Shown here one piece after another: positions 46,448 to 55,432 of a stretch of DNA of 64,000 nucleotides. Below the pieces are notes generated by a model. The model was given only the letters and a program-made list of their open reading frames with translations. It did not search any database and was not told where the DNA came from. How positions within the stretch are numbered: position 1 is the stretch's first letter; each line of letters begins with the position of its first letter. The stretch is taken from the NCBI GenBank assembly GCA_038046765.1, contig JBBSVN010000003.1, forward strand, positions 89,222 through 153,221. Reading direction: 5' to 3'. The position numbers and the translations under genes are program-made. This DNA comes from Candidatus Micrarchaeota archaeon. Its GTDB lineage: Archaea > Micrarchaeota > Micrarchaeia > Anstonellales > Bilamarchaeaceae.

Positions 46448-47206
46448 ATGGACGAGTTAATTGGAAAAGTCGCAATAATAACAGGTTCAAGTAGGGGCAT
46501 AGGTGCTGGAATAGCTAAACTTTTTGCAAGCGAAGGCGCGAAAGTAATTGTTTCTTCAAGAGACGCATCTAATTACCAACCAATTTTAAATCAAATTAAA
46601 TCAAAAAAAGGAGAAGCTTATTGTATCGAATGTGATGTTTCTAAGGAAGACGATGTAAAAATGCTTATGGAGCAGACAATAAAAAAATATGGAACAGTAG
46701 ACATATTAGTAAATAATGCAGGAGTATTCGAACAAGCAAGCGTTGAAGAAATGAAAACGGAAACTTGGAAGAAAGTACTACACACAGATTTAGACGGAGT
46801 ATTTTTTTGTACGAAATATGTAACTAATTATATGAAGAAAAATAAAACGGGCGGACGAATAATAAACATCAGTTCGGTTGCAGGCTTATTTGGTTTTGGT
46901 GGATCAGCAGCGTATTGTGCAGCTAAATTCGCAGTTGTCGGATTTACAAAAGCAACTGCTATCGACCTTTGCAAATATGGAATAACCGTTAATGCAATCT
47001 GCCCCGGTTTAATTGAAACAGATATGACTAAGGGTTTTACAAACGATAAGAAGACAATGGAGGCATTTATGCAACCATTATTAGTAAAACGAGCTGGATT
47101 GCCCGAAGATATTGCTAAGGGTGCATTGTATTTAGCTAGTGAAGGAACTAGTTATGTCACAGGAACAACCTTGGTAATTGATGGGGGTTGGACAGGACAT
47201 TTATGA
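46448..47206 (+). CDS. Classical short-chain dehydrogenase/reductase
   Basis: TGSSRGIG, NNAG, ISS, YCAAK, VNAICPG, IDGG. Confidence 0.95.
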   Translation: MDELIGKVAIITGSSRGIGAGIAKLFASEGAKVIVSSRDASNYQPILNQIKSKKGEAYCIECDVSKEDDVKMLMEQTIKKYGTVDILVNNAGVFEQASVEEMKTETWKKVLHTDLDGVFFCTKYVTNYMKKNKTGGRIINISSVAGLFGFGGSAAYCAAKFAVVGFTKATAIDLCKYGITVNAICPGLIETDMTKGFTNDKKTMEAFMQPLLVKRAGLPEDIAKGALYLASEGTSYVTGTTLVIDGGWTGHL

Positions 47207-47236
47207 TTAAAAAGTTTTCGTAGTAAATATAATATA

Positions 47237-48088
47237 ATGTATTTTGGAATGTCAAAACGAGAACCTAGTCCTAAAGTTAAGGACATACCAGAATATTTTC
47301 CAAAATTAGGAGTTACACCAAAGAAGATTGTTTTAATCTCGCCACATACTAACGAAAGTGGTGCAGTTTCTCCTTTTCAAATAGAACTAGCAAAAAAATT
47401 AAGAGAAAACGGAGTTTTAGTTGAAGAGCACATAGTTACAGATACAATGGAACGCGGATGGAGCTTAAGAAGACATTTTAACCGCGTACCTTATTGGAAT
47501 GAAGCACCAATAATAGCGAATGTTTTAACCCTTGAGGATTATTTGATAAGAGCAAGAGTGCTAAAAGAAGCATTCCGAAACAGCAATAACTTACTAGCAG
47601 TAGAACTTCACGCTTCAGCTTTTACCCAAGATGACGAATTTGCAAATGCACACGAATTTGAAAGAATATCTGGAACGAGTATACTGGTTCTAAAAAACAC
47701 CCTTAAAAATTTGGACTTTTTGGATTTAGACTACTATAAAAAACTCATGCAAATATTTTCAGAACAGAAAAACTTGAGATTTGCTTATGAAATAGCAAAA
47801 ATTCGAAACTTAGAAATATGGCAGATGATTCATGAACTAATTACCCTTAGGGAATTTTTACTTGACCATGTTGAGAATATCCGAGTATTTGAATTACCAT
47901 CAAAAGAAAAAGCATTGCCCAAAAACCATCCGATGTATGCACATTATTATTACGATCGTCTAGAAAATGAAAAGGATTCACCAAGAATAACAAATGCTTA
48001 TGAAGATCCTTATTGTGCTTGCACTAGAGAAAGTCTTGGCTTTAGCGACCAAGATGTTGAAGCAGTAAAAAATGTATTGGTTTTGTAG
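47237..48088 (+). CDS. Hypothetical, possible M14/AstE-like zinc hydrolase
   Basis: PHTNE (cf. HGNE) and VELHA (cf. DLH). Confidence 0.4.
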   Translation: MYFGMSKREPSPKVKDIPEYFPKLGVTPKKIVLISPHTNESGAVSPFQIELAKKLRENGVLVEEHIVTDTMERGWSLRRHFNRVPYWNEAPIIANVLTLEDYLIRARVLKEAFRNSNNLLAVELHASAFTQDDEFANAHEFERISGTSILVLKNTLKNLDFLDLDYYKKLMQIFSEQKNLRFAYEIAKIRNLEIWQMIHELITLREFLLDHVENIRVFELPSKEKALPKNHPMYAHYYYDRLENEKDSPRITNAYEDPYCACTRESLGFSDQDVEAVKNVLVL

Positions 48089-48142
48089 TAAAATTATTCT
48101 TTTTAAATGTTTCTTATGACATATTAATATGGTGATAAGTTT

Positions 48143-48529
48143 ATGAACAAAATATTTACACTAGGTTTTTTAGTAATTTTAATTGGATTGAGTTTTGCAG
48201 CAATTAACATAAATATAGGAGGTAGTCCATGGAACACTGGATGGGACCCGAATTCTGGTAGTGCGGATTTTAATTATAATGTAACTGACGATAGCTCAGC
48301 ACCAATGGACCAGGTAAGCTATACTTGTTACAATTATGTAAATGGAGTACATATTTCAGTAAACAGATTTGTACAAACAAATGCTCAAGCACTTAATCAA
48401 AGATTTACAGCAAATATCCCACTTTGTACGAACCACATATTTGTAGTATGTAAGAATAGTTTAGAAAATGAAGGTAGGACAGGATTAGTAACGATTTACA
48501 AAACGAATGGTTACTGCCCAAGACAATAA
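48143..48529 (+). CDS. Secreted small protein (Ig-like, Cys-containing)
   Basis: Signal peptide ...GLSFA; GGTGA SD. Confidence 0.7.
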   Translation: MNKIFTLGFLVILIGLSFAAININIGGSPWNTGWDPNSGSADFNYNVTDDSSAPMDQVSYTCYNYVNGVHISVNRFVQTNAQALNQRFTANIPLCTNHIFVVCKNSLENEGRTGLVTIYKTNGYCPRQ

Positions 48530-48554
48530 AAATTTGACTAATCTTCTTATTCTT

Positions 48555-48944
48555 TTATTTTTCTTTTTGATTAACTTTTTCCATTTTCTCCTTCGCCTTA
48601 GCTTCAACCCAGATTCTTACTGCTTCTTCACGGCTTACTTTTTCTCCTTTAAGAAGCCAGGGTTTACGATTGTATATTTTTCTTATTACATTATCAACAG
48701 AGTCCTTTGCCTTAAACTTTGCTTCACGCTCAAAAATGTAAGCTAAGATTAAAGCATCCCAGATGACATCCCCCATCTCTTCTTTTGCGTTTTCAAGGTC
48801 ATTATTTTTTATTGCAAGTTCTAATTCAGTTATCTCTTCTTTTAGTTTAACTAGATGCATATCAGAAGTCTGGGTGTTGCACCATTCGCAAACTGCAACG
48901 TTTTTCTTTACAATTTCAAGAAGAGAATTTAATGAGTCTTTCAT
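48555..48944 (-). CDS. MazG-like nucleotide pyrophosphohydrolase
   Basis: C.W...QT....L.EE..E......D..N..EE.GD, K..NRKPW. Confidence 0.88.
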   Translation of the reverse strand: MKDSLNSLLEIVKKNVAVCEWCNTQTSDMHLVKLKEEITELELAIKNNDLENAKEEMGDVIWDALILAYIFEREAKFKAKDSVDNVIRKIYNRKPWLLKGEKVSREEAVRIWVEAKAKEKMEKVNQKEK

Positions 48945-49087
48945 ATTTTCACTCGTTTTGCTGCGTGATATTTTATTAGTTCGGTTAGTTCTTCAATGTC
49001 CTCTTTACTTAGCTTACTTTTAGTTGTAAGTTTATTAAGAATTTCCAAATCTAGAATTCTTGGCGAATTATTTTTTATGATGCCCAT
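48941..49087 (-). CDS. Small 48-aa ORF between the two MazG genes
   Basis: Manual translation MGIIKNNSPRILDLEILNKLTTKSKLSKEDIEELTELIKYHAAKRVKI; ATGA overlap with downstream MazG. Confidence 0.55.
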   Translation of the reverse strand: MGIIKNNSPRILDLEILNKLTTKSKLSKEDIEELTELIKYHAAKRVKI

Positions 49088-49099
49088 GTTAAACACAAA

Positions 49100-49474
49100 T
49101 TATTTTTTCGTTATTTTTTCCTTAGCTTTTGCTTCTGCCCAAATCTTAACTGCATCTTCTTTTGTTACCTCTTTTCCTTCAATTAACCAAGGTTTTCGAT
49201 TGTTTATCTTTTTAAGAATTCGTTCAACTGAATTTTTTGTTTTAATTTTACCTTCTCTTTCGCAGATATAAGCTAAAACAAAAAGAACCCAGAGTGTATC
49301 TCCTATTTCATTTTCAAGGTTATCAAAATCTTTTTTATCAAGAGCATCCTTGATCTCTGCAACTTCTTCTTCAAGGCATTTAAAATAAGAAATAGATGTT
49401 TGGTCTAGGCACCACGGACATACGTCCGCAGCTTTTTTAGCTAAACCGATAACATCATTAGTTTTGTCTTTCAT
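49100..49474 (-). CDS. MazG-like nucleotide pyrophosphohydrolase (paralog)
   Basis: CPW..DQT, LEEE..E, EIGD, NRKPW, IW.EAKAKEK. Confidence 0.88.
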   Translation of the reverse strand: MKDKTNDVIGLAKKAADVCPWCLDQTSISYFKCLEEEVAEIKDALDKKDFDNLENEIGDTLWVLFVLAYICEREGKIKTKNSVERILKKINNRKPWLIEGKEVTKEDAVKIWAEAKAKEKITKK

Positions 49475-49489
49475 AGTAAATCAACTTAG

Positions 49490-49575
49490 TAGTCTTCCGA
49501 TGCAGACATTCGATGTCTGCATCTGCAAGGGCGTCCACGAGTTTTACCTAAGACTAGCTCGGCCAGCGCACACAA
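49490..49575. ncRNA. Putative structured cis element between gdhA and mazG
   Basis: Perfect stem GATGCAGACA/TGTCTGCATC enclosed by TAGTCTT/AAGACTA; possible CGAG/CTCG pseudoknot. Confidence 0.45.
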
Positions 49576-49583
49576 GCAAGAAC

Positions 49584-50690
49584 TTAATTGCGCCAGCCTC
49601 GTTTCTCCATAGCATCGCTTACTCTTTCCTTAGCAATATCCATTGCAGCAGTTCTTAAATATCCAGATTTAGCATTTTCAAAGACTACGCGTGTATTTTT
49701 AACAATTTTATCTTCGACAATCTTAAACATTTCTTTTTCGCTGTATCCGCGCCATTCGCAATAGCTTGAAATTACTCCGCCAGCATTAGCTAGAAAATCA
49801 GGAACAACAGTGTGACCTTTTTTAGCGAGTTGTTCTTCAAATTGATTTTCCATTGGAATATTTGCTGCTTCTACGATTAATTTTGCTTTGATGTCGTTTA
49901 CATTTCCAGCATGAATTACGTTTGGTCTTGCTCCTGGGATTAAAACATTTACATTTAGTTTGAATAATTCTTCTGCTCCAAGAACTTTCCCATCTTTATA
50001 AGCAGTTACAGTGCCTGATTTGGCTTTTGTTTCCATAAGTTTTTGGTAATCTAGACCTTTCTCATTATAAATCGTTCCTTTTGAATCGCTTACTGCTACA
50101 ACTTTCATCCCCATTTGAGTAAAGAATTTCATTGCAAAAGTACCGACGTTTCCAAAACCTTCTAGTGCAATACTAACTTCGTCATGTTTCATTTTCAAAT
50201 GTTCAAGCGCAACTAAAGTTGAATGATATACACCAAAACCAGTTGAACCTAATTCGTGAGGTAATCCGCCATAAGAACTTGGTTTTCCAGTTGCAGCTCC
50301 TTGTAAGTTTAATTCATCAGCAAATATTGCCATTTCTTTTTCTGTCGTATTAATATCTGGTCCAGCAATATAAAGATCAGGAACTAATTCTTTTATTTTA
50401 TTTGCAAAGGCGCGCATAAATGCTTCTTTATTTACTTTTTTAGGATCCCCTTTTATCCCCGATTTTGCTCCGCCAAATGGTAAATCTGCTAAAGCATTTT
50501 TCCATGTCATTGCCCTTGCTAAACCATAAACTTCGGGTGTTGAAATATCTGGCACAAAACGAATTCCGCCTTTTCCTGGACCTCGGGCAGTATTATGAAC
50601 TACAGTTACGCCCCACATTCCGGTTTTTGAATCATAAACTTCTAAGATTCTTTCTGGACCAAACTCGTCATATTCAACTTTTAAAGTCAT
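49584..50690 (-). CDS. gdhA: Glu/Leu/Phe/Val-family dehydrogenase (glutamate dehydrogenase-like)
   Basis: GPGKGGIRF, MTWKNA, GGAKSG, GPDINT, GFGNVG, EAAN, PDFLANAGGV. Confidence 0.92.
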   Translation of the reverse strand: MTLKVEYDEFGPERILEVYDSKTGMWGVTVVHNTARGPGKGGIRFVPDISTPEVYGLARAMTWKNALADLPFGGAKSGIKGDPKKVNKEAFMRAFANKIKELVPDLYIAGPDINTTEKEMAIFADELNLQGAATGKPSSYGGLPHELGSTGFGVYHSTLVALEHLKMKHDEVSIALEGFGNVGTFAMKFFTQMGMKVVAVSDSKGTIYNEKGLDYQKLMETKAKSGTVTAYKDGKVLGAEELFKLNVNVLIPGARPNVIHAGNVNDIKAKLIVEAANIPMENQFEEQLAKKGHTVVPDFLANAGGVISSYCEWRGYSEKEMFKIVEDKIVKNTRVVFENAKSGYLRTAAMDIAKERVSDAMEKRGWRN

Positions 50691-50823
50691 TTAAATACAC
50701 CTTTTTCAAGCTAGTAGAGAATGAGCTAAATTTACGATTCTTCAATTAGTCTACTATTCTTGAACTTATTTGAAAGATTAGGAATTTAATATTATTGGTA
50801 AATTTGTGACAGAAAAAGGAAAC

Positions 50824-51879
50824 TTATTTGTAATTTTGCCCAAAAAATGATTGTGTGGTTCTTCCAAAATGAAGTGAAATATCTTTTATGATTTGTTCGG
50901 GTGTTTGAGAACTAGAACGAAAGGGGTTTTTTGAGCCGTGATGGTGTTTTAGATACATTGCTAAACTATCCTGGTTTTCTTTAACTTCGCACATAAGAAA
51001 ACCCTTACAAAACGGAATTATTTGATCAATAAATACATTAAGCGGTCTTCTATCTGGACGTGCATTCGTATTATTCATATTATGTACAGCACTATTCGAA
51101 AAGTAAATTAAGTAAACATCTTGTTTTTTAGTAAAACATTCCTGTACGATTTTAGCGATTTTAAAATGCGCGGGTAGCATATCTCCGACACCTTTATCGC
51201 ATTTAGCAAAAAAATCTTCTGAGCTAACTTCGGTTAAATCTCGATTAAATTTAACATAGCGAGAAGTTACGGTATCGTAATTAGCACTTATCCAAGAATC
51301 GCTCCACCATGCAACTTCTTTTAGAAAATGGGAAATTAGATCATAATTCGCAAAAGGACTTAGAACAAAAAGAACCGTAGCTTTTGTTGTAAATTTAGTG
51401 GGTTGAACTAAACGCGTACTTGGTGCTAAGGCAATGTCAGAAGGTAATGGCGCAAAACAAACATCTGAACGCCTAAGATCCCCCTGTGCAGCAAGTCTTT
51501 TTAACATTCGTCTTCTAGTCCCAAGTTTAGACACAACTTGGCGCGTTTGCGTATGAAAAGTTGGACGAGCAGTTGGAATGATTTGCCCAAAAACAGAATT
51601 TAAATCAGGTAAATTAAACGCAAAGCGCAATAATTCAGCAGCAGCATCTTTTGAAAAAGGGACAGTAGGCATTGCAAGCGGATTGATAAAAGCTCCTTTT
51701 GGAGTAAAATTAAACCCAAAATGAGGAATTTCTGGTTGTACATCTGGATATGATCTCGTAATTGTTTCGGGATTTATCGATTTGGAACTTATAGCTAGAA
51801 AAATGGGCAGATGTTTAACCCTTGCAACTAACAATCTTTGATGATAACGTGCAACATCCGCATGAATACTAGAAGCCAT
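50824..51879 (-). CDS. Degenerate YhbH/YeaH (DUF444) vWA-like protein
   Basis: T.RRMLKR, TKATVLFVL, WW..W...NY..V..RY, EVS.EDFF, DVYL..FS, IIP.C..F..EV; start moved to MASSIH because the longer ORF overlaps the tRNA. Confidence 0.55.
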   Translation of the reverse strand: MASSIHADVARYHQRLLVARVKHLPIFLAISSKSINPETITRSYPDVQPEIPHFGFNFTPKGAFINPLAMPTVPFSKDAAAELLRFAFNLPDLNSVFGQIIPTARPTFHTQTRQVVSKLGTRRRMLKRLAAQGDLRRSDVCFAPLPSDIALAPSTRLVQPTKFTTKATVLFVLSPFANYDLISHFLKEVAWWSDSWISANYDTVTSRYVKFNRDLTEVSSEDFFAKCDKGVGDMLPAHFKIAKIVQECFTKKQDVYLIYFSNSAVHNMNNTNARPDRRPLNVFIDQIIPFCKGFLMCEVKENQDSLAMYLKHHHGSKNPFRSSSQTPEQIIKDISLHFGRTTQSFFGQNYK

Positions 51880-51929
51880 GAACTTACAATATAAGAAACA
51901 GATTAAAAAGATAGCATATATTCGTACTA

Positions 51930-52001
51930 AGCCCCGAACGAGAATTGAACTCGCGACCTTTCCCTTACCAAGGGAACGCTCTACCACTGAGCCATCGAGG
52001 C
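51930..52001 (-). tRNA. tRNA-Thr(GGU)
   Basis: GCCTCGATGGCTCAGTGGTAGAGCGTTCCCTTGGTAAGGGAAAGGTCGCGAGTTCAATTCTCGTTCGGGGCT. Confidence 0.96.
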
Positions 52002-52161
52002 AACAATATTTTTAATGAGTTAACAATATGACTAGATATAAACTAGATATAATTAACTAACAAATAAATTTTGTAGTGTAATATTTATTAAACATACTCT
52101 ATTAATGTAAATCTTAGAGAATTGAACAAATTCTTAAAGTAATCTAAGGAAAATTTAAAAT

Positions 52162-52905
52162 GTGGTAAGTATGGAGAATGAAATAATTTTATCTGGAGCA
52201 TATAAAGGATTTAAACTAGAGCGAAAATACGATTTGAAAAATGGTAAAGAAACAGATGTAGCAGCGATACTTGTAGAATTATCAGATTTAATAGAAAAAC
52301 ATGCTTACGACTTTTCAGGAATTGATACCAAAAAATTAGATGAAATAATAAAAGTTGGCAATGGAATAAATGGAGTTATTGCATTTTTAAAAACAGTAAA
52401 AAGAGATATGCTACTTCCAGCAGCCAAGTCGAAAAATACGATGCTACCAATAGCCGAAAGTTATGTATTGAATCAGGCGTTTAAAAAAGCGAATGTGCAA
52501 ATTAAACCGCAACTTACTACTTTAATAAAACCCAATGAAGAAAAAGCAGAAGATCAGATTGCATTTATTGGTGCGTACAATAATTGGTTTGCTGCTAAAA
52601 AACTTAGCATGGATTCAAAGATACAGGACTATGAAGTATCTGCAATATTATGCGGAATAAATCATACGATAGTAAATAAATCATTTGATTTTGCAGGATT
52701 AAAAAGTCTGGCGGTTGGAGAAGGAAGAAAATCCTTAAACAACATTGCAACAGCTTTATCTTCATTAAAAGTAACAGACCCGTGTACAATAACAAAAACC
52801 TGCGAAAACTTTGGAATTAAACCTTACGCGTCTCCTGAAATGCTAACTAATGAATATCCAGATGTAAAACCGCCAAAAGTAAAGGGAAGAAAAGCTAAGG
52901 GTTAA
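52162..52905 (+). CDS. Archaeal conserved protein (DUF2666-like, internally duplicated)
   Basis: Two I...GAY..+...+.......+VxAIL..+ units; C-terminal YPDVKPPKVKGRK. Confidence 0.55.
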   Translation: MVSMENEIILSGAYKGFKLERKYDLKNGKETDVAAILVELSDLIEKHAYDFSGIDTKKLDEIIKVGNGINGVIAFLKTVKRDMLLPAAKSKNTMLPIAESYVLNQAFKKANVQIKPQLTTLIKPNEEKAEDQIAFIGAYNNWFAAKKLSMDSKIQDYEVSAILCGINHTIVNKSFDFAGLKSLAVGEGRKSLNNIATALSSLKVTDPCTITKTCENFGIKPYASPEMLTNEYPDVKPPKVKGRKAKG

Positions 52906-52908
52906 TTA

Positions 52909-53796
52909 ATGACTAGCCAAGGAAGCGGAAACGGAAAGATAATTCTTTTTGGAGAACATTTTGTAAATTACGGATGTCCTGCGCTAGCAGTCGGACTGTC
53001 GAACAAGGCAATAGTCGACATAAAACCTTCACCAATAATTGATTTTACAACAGATATAAATGGCTGTAACCCCGATTACTCGAAAAAGGCAATAGGTTAT
53101 ATCCTAAAGGCGATGAGAATAAATGAAAACTTCGCAGTTCACTTGAAAGGAGATTTACCAACAGTTGGTGGCTTAGGTTCGAGTGCTGCGTTTTCTGTTG
53201 CGATAGTTCGGGCGCTTGATAAAAAATATGACCTAAAACTTACTAATGAACAAGTTAATGATTACGCTTATGAAGGAGAAAAATCTTTTCATGGCGAACC
53301 TTCTGGAGTAGATAACACGATGGCGACTTATGGAGGCGCGATTAAATTTATTCGAGGAAAGGGATTTACTAAATTAAAAATATTAAAATCAATGAATTTT
53401 GTAGTAGCTAGTACAGGCAAATCCTCACCCACTTCACAAATGGTAGCAAAGGTTAAGGAGTTCAAAGTCAATCATCCCGAAAAATTCAAACATATTTTTA
53501 GCAAAATAGAGCAGATCATTTTACAGGGAGAAAAAGCAATAGCAGAAGGAGACTTAGATAAAATAGGCCACCTTATGAATGAAAACCACAAATTGCTTTA
53601 TGAAGTCGGAGTGAGCATACTTGAAAACGAAAAAATAGTTGAAATTTTTAAGACAGCCGGAGCCCTTGGAGCTAAATTAACTGGTGGCGGAGGAGGCGGT
53701 TGTTGCATTGCTCTAGCTAAAGACATCAATCATGCTAAAGAAATTCTAATTAAAATAAAAGAAAATGGATTTGATGGGTTTGTAACTACAAGTTAG
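52909..53796 (+). CDS. mvk: Mevalonate kinase
   Basis: GKIILFGEH, GLGSSAA, HG.PSGVD, GAKLTGGGGGG. Confidence 0.93.
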   Translation: MTSQGSGNGKIILFGEHFVNYGCPALAVGLSNKAIVDIKPSPIIDFTTDINGCNPDYSKKAIGYILKAMRINENFAVHLKGDLPTVGGLGSSAAFSVAIVRALDKKYDLKLTNEQVNDYAYEGEKSFHGEPSGVDNTMATYGGAIKFIRGKGFTKLKILKSMNFVVASTGKSSPTSQMVAKVKEFKVNHPEKFKHIFSKIEQIILQGEKAIAEGDLDKIGHLMNENHKLLYEVGVSILENEKIVEIFKTAGALGAKLTGGGGGGCCIALAKDINHAKEILIKIKENGFDGFVTTS

Positions 53797-53798
53797 GA

Positions 53799-53996
53799 CT
53801 AGTTTCTTATTTTATTTTTAAGTGGTGGTTGCTTTATCTTTGGTGGAGCTTTAAAAGGATCAATTTTAGGAAGGTCGGGATTACGAATAGTTCCAGGGGG
53901 AATATAAGGTGGAGGTTTATCTTGAATAGGTGGAACAATAACTGAAGCTCTTAGTATATCTTTTTTAGTTGTAATTATTGTTTCTGTTAAAACCAT
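53799..53996 (-). CDS. Small Pro-rich hypothetical protein
   Basis: ORF; IQDKPPPYIPPG...PPKIKQPP. Confidence 0.5.
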   Translation of the reverse strand: MVLTETIITTKKDILRASVIVPPIQDKPPPYIPPGTIRNPDLPKIDPFKAPPKIKQPPLKNKIRN

Positions 53997-54019
53997 AAAA
54001 AGAATTTTAGCACAACAAT

Positions 54020-54223
54020 TTAAAAACCTAGTTCCTGTCTTTTTTTAGCTTGAGCTTTGGCGTTTTCTAGTTTAGCTAAGATGTCTGTCATGCTATTTTT
54101 GGCTTTGCTTTTAGATGCAAAATTTCCTTTAAAATCGCCGACAAATTCAATGAATGGTTTATTTTCGCTTTTTTCTTTTTTTAGGTCTTTTTTCTCCTTA
54201 TCTTCAGCCATGGAAATTACCAT
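54020..54223 (-). CDS. Small charged hypothetical protein
   Basis: ORF directly after nth. Confidence 0.55.
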   Translation of the reverse strand: MVISMAEDKEKKDLKKEKSENKPFIEFVGDFKGNFASKSKAKNSMTDILAKLENAKAQAKKRQELGF

Positions 54224-54883
54224 TTATTTGGAATTTTCTACTCCGATTCTTTTACAATACGTATCTTTTAACTTACAAATACTGCAAGAAGGTATTAAAG
54301 GAGAGCAGATTGTCTGACCATAAGCTACTAAAATAGTGTTAAAACGCCATTTTTCCTTATCAGGTACGATTTTATTTAATTCTTGTTCAGTTTCTTCTGG
54401 TTTTTTAGTTTTTACTAGCCCTAAGCGATTACTGATCCGATGAACATGCGTGTCAACCCCAATAGCAGGTAAACTATGAACTCTAGCTAGAACAATGTTT
54501 GCTGTTTTTCTTCCAACTCCGGGTAGCGAGGTAAGTTCTTCAAGCGAATTTGGAACAATTGAACTGAATTTCTCAACAATTATTTCTGCAAGTTTTTTTA
54601 GATTTTTTGATTTTACCCGGTAAAAACCAACCCCATAAAGAAGTTTTTCAATTTCAGTTTCATCCAAATGCATTAATTCTTCAAATGTTTTTGCTCTTTT
54701 TAAGATTCGATCCAAAGCTAGCAATGTCTTTTCATCCCTAGTTCTTGCTGAAAGCATTGTAAAAACTAAGTTTTTGTAAGGATCACTACCAAGAATTTTT
54801 TCAACCTGAAAGACTACCGCGTTTCTCTTGCCTGCTTCGTCTTCCATTATGGAAACTACTTTGTGAAGTGTTTGGTGATTCAT
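54224..54883 (-). CDS. nth: Endonuclease III (HhH-GPD, 4Fe-4S)
   Basis: LSART.D, LPGVGRKTAN, VDTHVHRISNRLG, C......C..C......C. Confidence 0.96.
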   Translation of the reverse strand: MNHQTLHKVVSIMEDEAGKRNAVVFQVEKILGSDPYKNLVFTMLSARTRDEKTLLALDRILKRAKTFEELMHLDETEIEKLLYGVGFYRVKSKNLKKLAEIIVEKFSSIVPNSLEELTSLPGVGRKTANIVLARVHSLPAIGVDTHVHRISNRLGLVKTKKPEETEQELNKIVPDKEKWRFNTILVAYGQTICSPLIPSCSICKLKDTYCKRIGVENSK

Positions 54884-54930
54884 AAATGGTACTAGGCAAA
54901 TCAATTTTAAAACTCTACATTATTGAATTA

Positions 54931-55318
54931 TTACGAATTTCGTAACAAACTATTTAAAGCATACTAATTTCGTAAGGAAAATACGAATGTTTAAAAGATG
55001 TTTGAAACGAAAAATATTTAGGTGATTTTACATGACAGCACACGCATTTCATTATAAGGTCAATGAAGGTGAAAGAATAGTACAAGCAGGGAAAGTTCGT
55101 TCTACTTTAAGAAGCAGTATAGAAGGAGGGAATGCAATTGTACACTATCTATGCTCACAAAGACGAGCAAACGCATTAGAATTAATATCAAAAAACCCTT
55201 TTACATTACCAGAAACCAAGGCACTTGCTGAGAGAGCAAGAGCAATGATCTAATGTTTCCAACTTTTTATTTCTACGTTTTTCGTATTTTCTTTTTATTT
55301 TAATTACTAATTTCGTAA
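54931..55318. promoter_or_regulatory. Repeated palindromic operator TTACnAATTTCGTAA
   Basis: TTACGAATTTCGTAA 54931-54945, ATACTAATTTCGTAA 54961-54975, CTACGTTTTTCGTAT 55273-55287, TTACTAATTTCGTAA 55304-55318, next to TATTTAAA boxes. Confidence 0.7.
55032..55253 (+). CDS. Small hypothetical protein
   Basis: GGTGA SD at 55021; flanked by operator repeats. Confidence 0.6.
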   Translation: MTAHAFHYKVNEGERIVQAGKVRSTLRSSIEGGNAIVHYLCSQRRANALELISKNPFTLPETKALAERARAMI

Positions 55319-55432
55319 TAAAACTACGATATATTTAAAAATACTTCTATTCCTACATTATATAGTAATTATTAAAACAACCAGATTAAGCGCTGACAAA
55401 ATATTTACGAAAATTAATTTAACGTGATTGAT

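Noticed and set aside
49490..49583. HDV-like ribozyme, ykkC riboswitch or tRNA identity for the gdhA-mazG element
   Set aside because: Only fragments match (CTGGCCGAG, GGTAAAAC, T-loop-like hairpin); the required P1/P3/L3 or acceptor stems cannot be built
51880..51987. N-terminal extension of ORF 50824..51987
   Set aside because: Overlaps tRNA-Thr; the real start is probably ATG at 51879
40097..52001. Integrated element bounded by the two tRNA genes
   Set aside because: No integrase and no duplicated tRNA 3' end seen; the interval holds core genes (glnA, gdhA)
52031..52051. ACTAGATATA tandem as NrdR boxes
   Set aside because: 11-bp period instead of the usual ~31-32 bp, and it lies in a tRNA promoter region, not before a reductase
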